Notes: generated by a model from the letters alone, not told the origin. Shown: positions 1-10,094, numbered from the stretch's first letter. The stretch is 64,000 bases of DNA from Armatimonadota bacterium (GCA_039811685.1 JBDHZC010000004.1:64001-128000), one strand, 5' to 3'. Translations and numbers: made by a program.

Positions 1-692
1 AAGTTTACCGGGGAAGACGCGTTGTCGATAACCTGAGCTTTACAGCGGCGCGCGGAGAGACCGTTGGGATTCTGGGGCCGAACGGCGCTGGAAAGACGAC
101 GACTTTCTACATGGTTTTGGGCCTTGCGCGGCCCGATTCTGGCGTCATCCTCTTTGAAGACCACGACATCACCCATTTGTCAGTCGCCAGGCGCAGCAAG
201 ATGGGGATCGGATATCTGGCCCAGGAGGCCTCCATTTTCCGCAAACTGACAGTGCTCCAGAATGTTATGCTCTACCTCGAGGCCGCGGAGTATCCTGCGG
301 CAGGGAGATACAAGCGCGCGATGCAGCTTCTTGGAGAGTTTGGTGTGGATGCGCGTGCGCAGGAGCAGAGTATCAGTCTTTCTGGAGGTGAGCGGCGTCG
401 CGTCGAGATCGCTCGCGCTCTTGCCGCTGACCCCGCATTCATTTTGCTTGACGAGCCTTTCACCGGCATTGACCCCATCGCCATCAACGATATAAAGAGC
501 ATTATCCGCAGTCTCGCCGAGCGTAACATTGGCATTATCATCACAGATCACAATGTCCGTGACACTCTGAGCATCTGTGACAGAGCCTATATCGTTGCGC
601 AGGGCCGCATCGTCACCAGCGGCACCAGCCAAACTATCCCGGATGATCCGCTCGCCCGGCAGTTCTACCTCGGCGAAGATTACGAGGCCTGA
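1..692 (+). CDS. lptB: LPS export ABC transporter ATP-binding protein (5' end truncated by window)
   Basis: Frame is open from base 3 (VYRGRRVVDNLSF...GPNGAGKTTTFYM, Walker A), with LSGGERRRVEIARALA, LLDEPF and ITDHNVRDTL; directly upstream of an LptF/G permease. Confidence 0.93.
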   Translation, partial: VYRGRRVVDNLSFTAARGETVGILGPNGAGKTTTFYMVLGLARPDSGVILFEDHDITHLSVARRSKMGIGYLAQEASIFRKLTVLQNVMLYLEAAEYPAAGRYKRAMQLLGEFGVDARAQEQSISLSGGERRRVEIARALAADPAFILLDEPFTGIDPIAINDIKSIIRSLAERNIGIIITDHNVRDTLSICDRAYIVAQGRIVTSGTSQTIPDDPLARQFYLGEDYEA

Positions 693-695
693 GCC

Positions 696-1781
696 TTGTT
701 CAAGACTGTTGACAGGCTTGTCTGTAAAGAGATCATCCCTCCTCTGCTGTTTGGGATCGCCGCATTTACAAGCCTGTTCTTCGCGGGAAGCTATCTCGGC
801 AAGCTGACAAATCTGCTGCTTCAGGGCGTTCCAATATCTGTCGTCCTCAAGCTCTTCGCGCTCAACCTGCCAGGCATTGTTGTGCTGACGCTGCCAATGA
901 GTGTGCTGCTGGGCGTGTTGTTATCATTTGCGCGTCTATCGTCTGACAGTGAAATGGTCGCCCTGTGGGCAGGAGGGGTCAGCCTGTGGCGTCTCATGCG
1001 CCCCGTGCTGGCAATCGCACTGTCAGTTTCTGTACTCAGCTTTGTGATAAACAACTGGATTGCTCCAGGCGCCGCCCGTCGCTCGGCCGATCTGAAGGCC
1101 AGAGCACTGAAAGAAGCTACGGCAATTGAGAATCCCTTCGTGCAGACCGATAAGCAGGACGGAAGGTTCAGCTCCATTATCGTTGTCAATGGAGGGATGA
1201 AGAACCACCAGCTCTGGGATGTGTCGGTCGTTACAGGTTTTGGTCCTGGAGGTCCCAACCTCTATTTTCACGCGGAACGCGCGGTGTGGGAAGGCGGGGA
1301 CAAGTGGATTCTCTACAACGGAATCATGAAGACTCTGGGAACGGGTCGCGAGTCGGTAACCAGGTACGGACAGTTCAAGAGCCAGCCGATCACGATACAG
1401 GGAACGCCTGAAGAGATTGCGGAGGCGCAACGTGACTCTGATGAGATGTCTTTCACTCAGCTTGCGCGAAGAATCCAGCGACTGCGCTCTGTGCAGGACA
1501 CCCGCCCGCTGGAAGTCGATCTGTATAACAAGATAGCGTTACCGCTCGCCAGTCTCGTATTTGCTCTGATTGCGGCGCCTCTGGGTTTGCGGCCACAGCG
1601 CAGTGGAAGTGGTGTAGGTTTTGGGTTAAGCATTGGACTTATCTTTGCGTATTGGATGGTGTGGCAGTACACCAGCCAGTTTGCCAAGACCAGTAATCTT
1701 GCGCCGATTGCCGGTAGCTTTATGGCGAACTTGATCTTCCTTGGAGTGGGAGTGGCGTTACTCATTCGGAAGGCGAGATAG
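696..1781 (+). CDS. LptF/LptG family LPS export permease
   Basis: 3+3 TM layout around a periplasmic beta-rich domain; RLSSDSEMVAL and ALPLASLVFALIAAPLG motifs. Confidence 0.9.
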   Translation: MFKTVDRLVCKEIIPPLLFGIAAFTSLFFAGSYLGKLTNLLLQGVPISVVLKLFALNLPGIVVLTLPMSVLLGVLLSFARLSSDSEMVALWAGGVSLWRLMRPVLAIALSVSVLSFVINNWIAPGAARRSADLKARALKEATAIENPFVQTDKQDGRFSSIIVVNGGMKNHQLWDVSVVTGFGPGGPNLYFHAERAVWEGGDKWILYNGIMKTLGTGRESVTRYGQFKSQPITIQGTPEEIAEAQRDSDEMSFTQLARRIQRLRSVQDTRPLEVDLYNKIALPLASLVFALIAAPLGLRPQRSGSGVGFGLSIGLIFAYWMVWQYTSQFAKTSNLAPIAGSFMANLIFLGVGVALLIRKAR

Positions 1782-1862
1782 TTTTTCGAAATGATATTAC
1801 AAGATGTTTTGTACAACTTGGACATTGTTGGGCATATTGCCGGAAGGGCGGCAGCCTGATCT

Positions 1863-3242
1863 ATGCTGCGTGCGATTGTCTTTCTTGGAATTCTGGTAAT
1901 CGGTTCTGGTGGGGTCGCTTATGTTGGCGATCTGATTGGCCGGCGAATGGGCAAGGCTCGTCTGACGCTATTTGGCATGCGTCCACGCCATACTGCGGTT
2001 CTTATCACGACCGTGACCGGAATGCTGATTGCCTTTCTGACGCTGACAATTCTGCTCGCCTCAGACAAGCCGCTGAGAAAAGTGATTTTCCGGGGAATGC
2101 AGATTCTGGCGGAGAATCGGACGCTTCAACAGGACAATGAATCGCTGAGCAGAACTCAGCGGGTGCTTGAAAAACAGGCGGAGAAGAGCCGGTTGCTCGC
2201 CAGGAAGGCTGACGCTGAGCGGCGCAGCGCGGACGGCAGGCTGAAATCCGCTCAACAGCGCCTCAAGGCACTCTCGGATCGCATCGCTGTCCAGCAAAAG
2301 GAATTGGCTGCCGCGGCGGCCAGGCTGACGCGGGAACAACTGAAGCTGGAATCGGTTCAGGCTCAGCGTGAAGTTGCTGAGCGCAGCCTTCGGGCCGCTC
2401 AGACACAACTCCGCCAGACGCAAACGCTGCTCAGCTCCGCTAGAAGGGAAGCTGCTGAAGCCGCCAAAGCGGCGATCCAGGCGCGTCGCGAGGCGAATGT
2501 CGCTCTGCTGGAAAAGGAGATTTCTATTGGCAGCTATGAAGACCTCCTGAACAAGCCAGCGAACTTCACTGCCGGTGAAGAGGTCGCCCGCGGTGTGGTT
2601 ACTTATTCGCACGACTTTTCGGTCGTTCGCCGCGCCATTGTCGGAGTTCTGGCCGAAGCCAGCCACGCAGCTATCGACCGTGGGGCATCTGTCGCCAGCA
2701 ACGGCAGAGCGGTCGTGATTCCCAATGTGGTTGCGGCGCCGGGAGCGGGGAAGGAATCCTTCACTGAAGATGACCAGATCAATGCGCTGAGAGACGAAAT
2801 TGTGGACGGAGGCGCAAATGTAGTCCTCCAGATAATCGCGAAAACCAACTCTGTTCCTGGCAAACCGGTTTTGATACAGGTGCGCCCCTACGCCGACAAT
2901 TTCGCGTTTGCCAAAGGTGAAACTCTGGCTTGCACACAACTCGACGCGTCAAGGAATGCTGAAGATTTGGCTGGAAACATTATCAATTTCCTGGCGACAA
3001 GCGTGCGTTCGGAGGCTGAGGTGCGGGATCTCATTCCGAGGATCAAGGTGGCAAGAGACCCCGAAGACCCCTCACCGCTCCAGAAGCGTTACTTCGAAAT
3101 GGACGCCACGCGCCTGGCTGCGCTTGTGCAGCGCGTCATAGTAGAGGGCGGAAGGGTGACGCTGTGCGCGCAGGCAGCGGCGGACACTACGTCAGCGGGG
3201 CCACTTTCACTCGTATTCTCTGTCAAGCCGGCAGAGCCGTGA
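1863..3242 (+). CDS. DUF3084 domain membrane-anchored coiled-coil protein
   Basis: N-terminal GGVAYVGDLIGRRMGKARLTLFGMRPRHTAVLIT signature followed by a long Ala/Gln/Glu coiled coil. Confidence 0.85.
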   Translation: MLRAIVFLGILVIGSGGVAYVGDLIGRRMGKARLTLFGMRPRHTAVLITTVTGMLIAFLTLTILLASDKPLRKVIFRGMQILAENRTLQQDNESLSRTQRVLEKQAEKSRLLARKADAERRSADGRLKSAQQRLKALSDRIAVQQKELAAAAARLTREQLKLESVQAQREVAERSLRAAQTQLRQTQTLLSSARREAAEAAKAAIQARREANVALLEKEISIGSYEDLLNKPANFTAGEEVARGVVTYSHDFSVVRRAIVGVLAEASHAAIDRGASVASNGRAVVIPNVVAAPGAGKESFTEDDQINALRDEIVDGGANVVLQIIAKTNSVPGKPVLIQVRPYADNFAFAKGETLACTQLDASRNAEDLAGNIINFLATSVRSEAEVRDLIPRIKVARDPEDPSPLQKRYFEMDATRLAALVQRVIVEGGRVTLCAQAAADTTSAGPLSLVFSVKPAEP

Positions 3243-3751
3243 TCTCACCGGTTGTTCTCGCTGTTGACCCGGGGCGCACCAAATGTGGGATTGCCGTCGT
3301 CTCGTGCGAAGGCGTCCTTCATAAAGACGTGTGTCCAGTACTTCAGTTGGTGCCGCGCGTGCTTGGCGCGATGGAAGCGACCGGGGCATGCCTGATCGTG
3401 ATGGGGAGCGGGACCAACGGAGCCAGGCTGGCCCGAGTTCTGCGACAGCAGTCTGAGCTTCGCAATGTGGAGCTCGTACTGGTGGACGAGGCATTCACGA
3501 CAGTGGAGGCGAGGAAAAGATTTTTTGATGAGAACCCTCCGCGTGGCCTGAAGCGTCTTATTCCGCGAGGGCTCCTGAAGCCTTCCTGCGCAGTGGACGA
3601 CTACGTCGCCGTCATTTTGGCGGAGAGAGCCTTGGCGGAGAGAGCCTTGGCAGAGAGAGCCTTGGCAGAGAGAGCCTTGGCAGAGAGAGCCTTGGCGGAG
3701 AGAAAAGACGGGGACACGGCTCAGTGCGAGGGCGACGGCGAGAGCGGCTAG
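3239..3751 (+). CDS. YqgF/RuvX-like RNase H-fold nuclease with a repetitive C-terminal tail
   Basis: GTG overlaps the upstream TGA (GTGA); VLAVDPGRTKCGIAV, VDEAFTTVEAR and VDDYVAVILAER motifs. Confidence 0.8.
   Translation: MISPVVLAVDPGRTKCGIAVVSCEGVLHKDVCPVLQLVPRVLGAMEATGACLIVMGSGTNGARLARVLRQQSELRNVELVLVDEAFTTVEARKRFFDENPPRGLKRLIPRGLLKPSCAVDDYVAVILAERALAERALAERALAERALAERALAERKDGDTAQCEGDGESG
3617..3703 (+). repeat. 15-bp tandem repeat TTGGC(G/A)GAGAGAGCC, about 5.8 copies, encoding (LAERA)n
   Basis: Units start at 3617, 3632, 3647, 3662, 3677 and 3692 (last partial). Confidence 0.97.
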
Positions 3752-3926
3752 AGACCCGGTGTCTTCGAGTTTTCTCTCAAGGCGAGATGGGAAAACTTGC
3801 GCAAGACAGCGTCGTGCAGCCCGTGTGAAACTCCAGTTTCAGCGTGCGCGTGACAATAATGAAATCTAGTCTTTAGATTATGGCCGCCCGCATGCGTGGG
3901 GTCAGGTAAAAATACCTGGCGAACTC

Positions 3927-3955
3927 TTGACAAGAGAGGCTGCGCATGCTAAATT
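3927..3955 (+). promoter_or_regulatory. Sigma70-type promoter for the SLH-porin gene
   Basis: TTGACA-17 nt-TAAATT with an extended -10 TG. Confidence 0.7.
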
Positions 3956-4331
3956 GCGGCTTCAGAGTGCGTCGGTGTGTCTATATGTGTTGAAGGACAC
4001 TGACACAAGCGGCGCGCAAGGATTCTCCGGGGAGTTTTCCGGAGTCTTTCGGAGGGGTTATCCAGAGGGGTTATCCACCGGAAGAAACTTTCGGACGAGA
4101 TGGATGGCGCTCGAGAAGTAGATGGGGGGACACCTCGGTCTGCTGATCCTGCGGATTCCAGCGTTCGAAAACCAATGCATGCCGAACAGAAGCGGCGCAA
4201 AAGACAACAACAGTGTAAAGCGATCTCGAAAGTGGAGGGAACATGGATACTCCGTGAGAGACAGCTCTGCGGAGTTGGCGTTTGGAGCGTCCTCTAGCGG
4301 GTGTGCATTGTTACACTCAAGGAGGAACACG

Positions 4332-6185
4332 ATGAAAAAGGCTGTAATCGGAGGCCTTGCTGGCGCGGTTCTGGCGCTTGCGGTTCCTGTGTTTGCACAG
4401 GGTCCGTTCGCTGACGTGCCGGTTGATCACTGGGCCTACGAAGCTGTACAGCAGCTCCAGGATAAGGGCATCGTGATCGGTTATCCCGATGGGACCTTCT
4501 CAGGCAAGCGTGCGCTGACTCGCTACGAGTTCGCACTGGCTCTTTCTCGCGCCATCCCTGTCATCTGCCAGGAGTGCGCGCAGCCAGTCGGACCCAATGG
4601 CCAGCCAGTGACCGACGCGCACATCAACGACCTCATCGACCAGAAGATCAGCAAGCTGACCGGCACTGACGTGTCCAGCCTGCAGAAGTCTATCGATGAG
4701 TTCCGCGATGAGCTTAGCCAGATGGGCGTCGATCTCGACGCTCTGAAGCGCGACGTTGCTTCTCTCGAGGAGCGCGTTGCAGCTCTGGAGGCCGAGCACA
4801 AGCGCCTGAAGATTACCACTCGCTTTAACGTATTCGCCATCGGCGCATCGCAAAGCAATGGTAGTCCGGTTGATCGTGATAACCGGCCGATGGGCACGGA
4901 CGATAACCTTCTCAAGGGGGTTAGCGTCGTGCGTGATGCCGACGTTATCTTCAATTACGAGGCCAGCGGCGCCAAAGCTCAGATCGTCCTGAACGCAGGC
5001 AACTATCTGAACTACCTTGGAGCCTTGACCAACTTTGCCGGTAACCCGTACGATATGAGCGGAAGCGGTTCCGATTATTCGGACGCCGTGAATCTGTTCC
5101 TTGGTTACGGTGAAGTTCCGCTTCTCGGAGCGGATGTGTCGGTTGGCCGCTTCCCAATCCAGTTCACCAAGTGGACCCTCAAGAAGTTTGACGTGGACAC
5201 CTACACGGAGAACTGGAAGACGGATGACGGTAACTACTACGTCGACGGCGGTAAGGCTGCGTGGACGTGGGGTGGCGTTGATATCCTTGCCTTTGCCGGC
5301 AAGAATAACAACATTGTTGGCGGCATTCCGGCCAACTACACCGCGCTCCCGGCTGCCGGACCTGGAATTGCCGCTCTGCCAAGTTCGAGCATTGGCACCT
5401 TCCCCGCCGCGCTCCAGAGCACGGGCGTTCGCGCCGCGTTTGGTCTGGGTGCGCTGAAAGTGGGCCTGAACTACATCAACGCTGGAACAACTTCGATTGC
5501 GACTCCGTATGATGAGGCTCAGGTGTATGGCGCTGATCTGAACTGGAACTGGGGCAGTTGGAAGTGGTATGGCGCGTGGACTGAAACCACCAGCAATGGT
5601 GTTGGCGCCACGCCGAATGTCAGCAACGACAACACGGCCTGGGAAGTTGGCACCAATGGCAACTGGGGTGGTCTCGGAATCGCCGCGAGCTATGTTCGCG
5701 TCGAGCCGAACTTCGCCGCTCCTGGCGATTGGCGCCGCATCGGCCGCTGGCAGAACCCTGTTAACCTGCAGGGGCCCGAAGTTGGTCTGAAGTACGGCAT
5801 CAGCGAGCGCTGGAATGTGTTTGCATCCGGCGCCTGGTATGATGGCGTTCAGAACGCCAGCTATCTCGGTAGCTTCGCCGGCACCGCTCTCAACGCCGCC
5901 GCTAAGGTCCAGCAGTACAAGGCTGGCGTGGATGTGGCCCTGGGTCGTGGAACCCTGGGCTTCGACGCCGAGTGGGTGCGCTGGGATCCAAACGTGACCG
6001 GCGCAACTGGTACGCCTGAGGAGAGGTATTACACGATCAGCTACAACCACATGCTGACTGACAATGCCAAGCTCCGCCTGCTTTACCAGATCGTTGATTA
6101 CGATGCCAATGGCAACGCAGTCGCTCCTTATGGCGCCAGCTACAAGGGTGACGTCGCTGTTGTTCAGGCTTCTATGGACTTCTAG
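4332..6185 (+). CDS. SLH-domain outer-membrane beta-barrel protein (OmpM/SlpA-like outer membrane tether)
   Basis: AGGAGG RBS and ATG at 4332; signal peptide; SLH motif FADVPVDHWAYEAV...GYPDGTF...LTRYEFA; coiled coil; aromatic/Gly-rich beta strands; terminal Phe. Confidence 0.88.
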   Translation: MKKAVIGGLAGAVLALAVPVFAQGPFADVPVDHWAYEAVQQLQDKGIVIGYPDGTFSGKRALTRYEFALALSRAIPVICQECAQPVGPNGQPVTDAHINDLIDQKISKLTGTDVSSLQKSIDEFRDELSQMGVDLDALKRDVASLEERVAALEAEHKRLKITTRFNVFAIGASQSNGSPVDRDNRPMGTDDNLLKGVSVVRDADVIFNYEASGAKAQIVLNAGNYLNYLGALTNFAGNPYDMSGSGSDYSDAVNLFLGYGEVPLLGADVSVGRFPIQFTKWTLKKFDVDTYTENWKTDDGNYYVDGGKAAWTWGGVDILAFAGKNNNIVGGIPANYTALPAAGPGIAALPSSSIGTFPAALQSTGVRAAFGLGALKVGLNYINAGTTSIATPYDEAQVYGADLNWNWGSWKWYGAWTETTSNGVGATPNVSNDNTAWEVGTNGNWGGLGIAASYVRVEPNFAAPGDWRRIGRWQNPVNLQGPEVGLKYGISERWNVFASGAWYDGVQNASYLGSFAGTALNAAAKVQQYKAGVDVALGRGTLGFDAEWVRWDPNVTGATGTPEERYYTISYNHMLTDNAKLRLLYQIVDYDANGNAVAPYGASYKGDVAVVQASMDF

Positions 6186-6253
6186 GTTCTGCGATGTGGG
6201 CTGAAAGGCCCCTATCCAGGAACTGAGTTCTTAGAAATCTAGCGATTAGCAAA

Positions 6254-6291
6254 GGGGAGGCTCCGGGCTCAGCAAAGTCCGGAGCCTCTCC
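6254..6291 (+). terminator. Strong hairpin after the SLH-porin gene
   Basis: GGGGAGGCTCCGGGCT / AGTCCGGAGCCTCTCC inverted repeat; no clear U-tract. Confidence 0.5.
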
Positions 6292-6475
6292 GGCGTAATG
6301 GCGGCGAGGAGAGCCATTTTGTGGCTGTCTGACGTCTAATAACGAGAACGTCAAAGTTGAGTTGAGAATCGTCGAAGGAGTGTGGCCAGGGGCCGTTCGG
6401 AGCCGCTCGACGGTTGAGAGTTGAAATCCGAGGGCGTCTGATGGGGAAGCTCTCTAGAACTGATGAGGACAGACA

Positions 6476-6921
6476 TGCTGAGACAAACAAGGAAATGGAA
6501 AGCGTTGAGCGGCGTTATTGCAGCCGTGTTCGTGATGGGCTTCGGCGCAGTTCAGGTTAGAGCGCTGGATCTAGGCAGCGTGATCAAGGTTGGAGGCATC
6601 GGTTTTCTGGTCAAACAGTTTGGTCCGGACATCAATAAAGCCATCAACGCTGCCTTTGGTAAGAAGAGTTTTGATCCGTACGACGCGACCAAAGTCGTTC
6701 CCATTATCAGCCTTGGCAATGGGGGTTATGTTGGCGCTGCTCAGGTGCAGGGGCCCGCGCGAGCGATTGACGAGGTGCAGGCTGTCGGGCAGATTGAAGT
6801 GGCCTTTGGCAACAAGAGCTTCCGTATTAAAGCTCTGGTGCCGGTGGACAGCCTCAATCCAACAAAGGTCAGCCGCGTCAAGGGAACTGGCGTCAGTGCA
6901 GTCATTGACGTCAGAATCTAG
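6476..6921 (+). CDS. Conserved hypothetical exported protein
   Basis: GAGGA RBS before ATG 6476; signal peptide; IGFLVKQFGPDINKAIN...ATKVVPIISLG...VGAAQVQGP; followed by a terminator. Confidence 0.75.
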
Positions 6922-6947
6922 CGTCTGACGATATGTTTTTGCGCTCC

Positions 6948-6978
6948 AGGAGGCTCGGCCAGGCTGAGCCTCCTTTTT
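6948..6978 (+). terminator. Rho-independent terminator
   Basis: AGGAGGCTCGGC-CAG-GCTGAGCCTCCT followed by TTTT. Confidence 0.85.
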
Positions 6979-7194
6979 ATTGCGCAGTGGTCTGTATAGA
7001 GGGATGCGCGCTGGCGTGGGATTAGCTGGCAAAGCTGTAGAAGCAGTGTGAATCGCGTGAAATTTCTTGCCCTTTTGCAGGTGCGTGGGCTACAATCCCC
7101 GCGGGTTGCCCGCAAGGCGGCCTAATCGCGGGCTGCGTCCGGCGGTACTGGCTCTTGCAGCCGCCGGGCAACGACCCGCCTGATACGAGGTTTC

Positions 7195-8226
7195 ATGGCA
7201 ACAGAAGGATCAATCAACGGTAAAGTGCGCGTCGGTGTGGTTGGAGTTGGCATCGGCCGCCTCCACCTGGAAGGCTATCGAAAACACCCCGATGCCGAGA
7301 TAGTGGCGATCGCGGATGTCAACGAAGATCGCGCCAGAGCTACCGCTAAGGAGTTCGGTATCTCGCAGGTCTACACGGACTACGAGAAGATGCTCCAGGA
7401 AGCGCATCTGGACGCACTCAGCGTCTGTACTCCCAACAGCCTGCATGCTCCGGTCGCCATCGCGGCTTTTCAGGCTGGCTGCAGTGTCATTTGCGAGAAG
7501 CCCATTGCCACCAGTGCTGCGGAAGGTGAGAAGATGGTGCGGGCAGCCCGTGACGCGGGGAAGATTTTTATGATGGGCTTCAACAACCGTTTTCGCGGCG
7601 ACACTCAGGTGCTGAAGAAGTTCATCGAGGAAGGCGCTCTGGGTAACGTCTACTATGCAAAAACCGGCTGGCTCCGCAGGCGAGGTATTCCTGGAATGGG
7701 CGGTTGGTTCACTACCAGGGCTATGTCTGGTGGCGGGCCTCTCATTGACCTTGGTGTGCACGTGCTGGACCTCGCGCTTTATCTGATGGGCAACCCGAAG
7801 CCGGTTAGCGCCTACGGAAGCACCTACGCCGAGTTCGGTCCAAAGATGCCTGGCGGCGAGAATTATGATGTGGAGGACCTGGCAAGCGGGCTGATCAAGT
7901 TCGAAAACGGCGCGACCGTCCTGGTGGAAGCGTCGTGGGCGTCCAATATTGCCCAGGAGACCTCCTACACTACGCTGATGGGATCGCTGGGCGGGGCGGA
8001 TCTGTCGCCACTCAGACTCTACACGGAGATGAACGGGGAACAGGTTGACATTCAGCCGCAGCACCCGAACATCAACGGCCACGAAGCTGAAATAAAGCAT
8101 TTTGTAGATTGCGTGCGCGACGGGAAACAGCCTCTGGCTACAGGCGAGCACGGACTGGACGTTATCAAAATTCTGGATGCCATCTACGAATCTGCCCAGA
8201 CAGGAAAGATGGCGGCGATTAGCTGA
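7195..8226 (+). CDS. Gfo/Idh/MocA family oxidoreductase
   Basis: GVVGVGIG Rossmann motif, CEKP, GGGPLIDLGVHVLD. Confidence 0.92.
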   Translation: MATEGSINGKVRVGVVGVGIGRLHLEGYRKHPDAEIVAIADVNEDRARATAKEFGISQVYTDYEKMLQEAHLDALSVCTPNSLHAPVAIAAFQAGCSVICEKPIATSAAEGEKMVRAARDAGKIFMMGFNNRFRGDTQVLKKFIEEGALGNVYYAKTGWLRRRGIPGMGGWFTTRAMSGGGPLIDLGVHVLDLALYLMGNPKPVSAYGSTYAEFGPKMPGGENYDVEDLASGLIKFENGATVLVEASWASNIAQETSYTTLMGSLGGADLSPLRLYTEMNGEQVDIQPQHPNINGHEAEIKHFVDCVRDGKQPLATGEHGLDVIKILDAIYESAQTGKMAAIS

Positions 8227-8294
8227 TAGAGAGAGTGTCGAAAAGCAGCCCTCCGTAACGGGGTGGGCTGCGGGCGTTCTTAGGAGGAACACAT

Positions 8295-9257
8295 ATGAAG
8301 ATCGGGGTTCTGACGGTCCTGATGTCAAATGAGCCGTTGGAGAAGGTTTTGGACTTTCTTCAGGAAAACGGCGTGGAAGCGGTGGAGTTGGGGACAGGCA
8401 ACTATCCCGGAAACGCGCACTGCAATCCGGCCGAACTGCTGGACAACGACAAGAAGCGCAACGATCTGCTCAAGTCGATCGAGAAGCGCGGAATGGTCAT
8501 CAGTGCGCTATCCTGTCACGGAAACCCGCTGCATCCCAACAAGCAGATTGCTCTGGAACACCACGAGACCCACCGCAAGACAGTTCTGCTGGCAGAGAAG
8601 ATGGGACTGGATACAGTTATCAACTTCTCAGGTTGTCCCGGCGATTCCCCCAGCGCAAAGAAGCCGAACTGGGTGACATGCCCCTGGCCGCCAGACTATG
8701 GCGAGATCCTGGAATGGCAGTGGAAGCGAAAGGTGATTCCGTACTGGAAACAGGAGTCGAAATTCGCCAAAGAGCACAACATCCGGATCGCCTTTGAAAT
8801 GCATCCTGGGTTTGTTGTTTACAATACGGAAACCCTTCTGCGCCTTCGCAAAGCCTGTGGAGACAACCTTGGCGCAAACTTCGATCCGAGCCATCTCTGG
8901 TGGCAGGGAATGGACCCGGTCGTTTCCATCCGCGCGCTGAAAGATTGCATCTACCACTTTCACGGCAAGGACTGCAAAGTGGACCCACAGAATGCCCGCG
9001 TCAATGGCGTACTGGATACCAAGGGCTACCTTGATGAAATCAATCGCTCGTGGGTATTTCGCACGATTGGCTACGGACACGACCTGAGTGTCTGGAAGGA
9101 CATTGTGAGTGAGCTGAGGCTGATTGGTTACGACCACGTCATCTCGATTGAGCACGAAGACAGCCTCATGTCTCCGCGCGAAGGGCTCACCAAAGCCGTT
9201 CAGCTTCTCAAGCAGGCGGTAATCCAGGAGCAGCCGGGCGCTGCATGGTGGACATAA
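8295..9257 (+). CDS. Sugar phosphate isomerase/epimerase (xylose isomerase-like TIM barrel)
   Basis: AGGAGG RBS; EMHPG, NFDPSHL, HFHGKD and SIEHED metal-binding motifs. Confidence 0.9.
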   Translation: MKIGVLTVLMSNEPLEKVLDFLQENGVEAVELGTGNYPGNAHCNPAELLDNDKKRNDLLKSIEKRGMVISALSCHGNPLHPNKQIALEHHETHRKTVLLAEKMGLDTVINFSGCPGDSPSAKKPNWVTCPWPPDYGEILEWQWKRKVIPYWKQESKFAKEHNIRIAFEMHPGFVVYNTETLLRLRKACGDNLGANFDPSHLWWQGMDPVVSIRALKDCIYHFHGKDCKVDPQNARVNGVLDTKGYLDEINRSWVFRTIGYGHDLSVWKDIVSELRLIGYDHVISIEHEDSLMSPREGLTKAVQLLKQAVIQEQPGAAWWT

Positions 9258-9398
9258 ACCGCCGCTAGGAAGCGTCTATTTCGAGTATGGCGTCTCGGCA
9301 CGCTCGATCCGTGATAGCCCGGGTATTGCTCCCCGGGCTATCTCAAAATGAAGCGCTGCGCCTGACCTGCACCCAGTCTCGTAGAGTTACACAGTTCA

Positions 9399-10094
9399 TT
9401 GTCCGAAGAAAGCCTCAAGTCCAAACAGAAGCGCGCTGCGCAAGTCGTAGCCATCCTCAAGAAGATCTATCCAGACGCTACCCATCTGCTTGACAACGAC
9501 AATCCTTTTGAGCAGGTCGTCTTTACAATTCTTGCGGCGCAGTGTACGGATGCGCGCGTGGAGACCGTCGCGCCTGAGTTGTTTCGCAGGTGGCCGACTG
9601 TTGAAGCCATGGCTTCAGCGCCCGCCGAAGAAGTCGAAGACATTATCCGCCCCCTCGGATTCTTCCGTCAGAAAACGCGGTCGCTGATTGAGATGTCCCG
9701 GGATGTCTGCCTGAAGTTTGGAGGCAAGGTCCCGGCAACAATGGAAGAGCTTACGCAGTTGCGTGGGGTGGGGCGCAAGACGGCTAACGTCGTTCTTGCT
9801 CACTGCTTCGGGGGTGGCAGCGTGATTGTCGATACGCATTGCCGGCGCGTGAGCCGGCGTCTGGACTTCACGCGACAGCAAGACCCCACAAAAATCGAGT
9901 TCGAGTTGCAGAAGGTTGTCGAGCCAGAAGACTGGTCAGTGTATGGGACGCTGCTTGTCTGGCATGGACGGGCCATCTGCACCGCGCGCAATCCACAGTG
10001 TGCCATCTGCCCTATTCTTCATTTGTGTCCCGAGGGCCAGCGGCGAATGCGCGAAGCATCTCATCAGCCCCAGAAAGCAACCGCGCAGTCATAG
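9399..10094 (+). CDS. nth: Endonuclease III
   Basis: LAAQCTD, HhH motif LRGVGRKTANVV, VDTH, and C-terminal C-X6-C-X2-C-X5-C 4Fe-4S motif. Confidence 0.92.
   Translation: MSEESLKSKQKRAAQVVAILKKIYPDATHLLDNDNPFEQVVFTILAAQCTDARVETVAPELFRRWPTVEAMASAPAEEVEDIIRPLGFFRQKTRSLIEMSRDVCLKFGGKVPATMEELTQLRGVGRKTANVVLAHCFGGGSVIVDTHCRRVSRRLDFTRQQDPTKIEFELQKVVEPEDWSVYGTLLVWHGRAICTARNPQCAICPILHLCPEGQRRMREASHQPQKATAQS

Noticed and set aside
3617..3703. Possible CRISPR array
   Set aside because: Repeats are 15 bp, directly adjacent with no spacers, and in frame within a CDS; no cas genes are present.
4052..4079. Replication origin based on DnaA-box-like sequences
   Set aside because: Only two imperfect boxes, no AT-rich unwinding element and no dnaA/dnaN context.
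4500..6050. Long antisense ORF (516 aa) opposite the SLH-porin, and similar shadow ORFs opposite gfo, lon, clpB, gap and the GH gene
   Set aside because: Expected by-product of GC-rich codon bias; the translations have no recognisable motifs.
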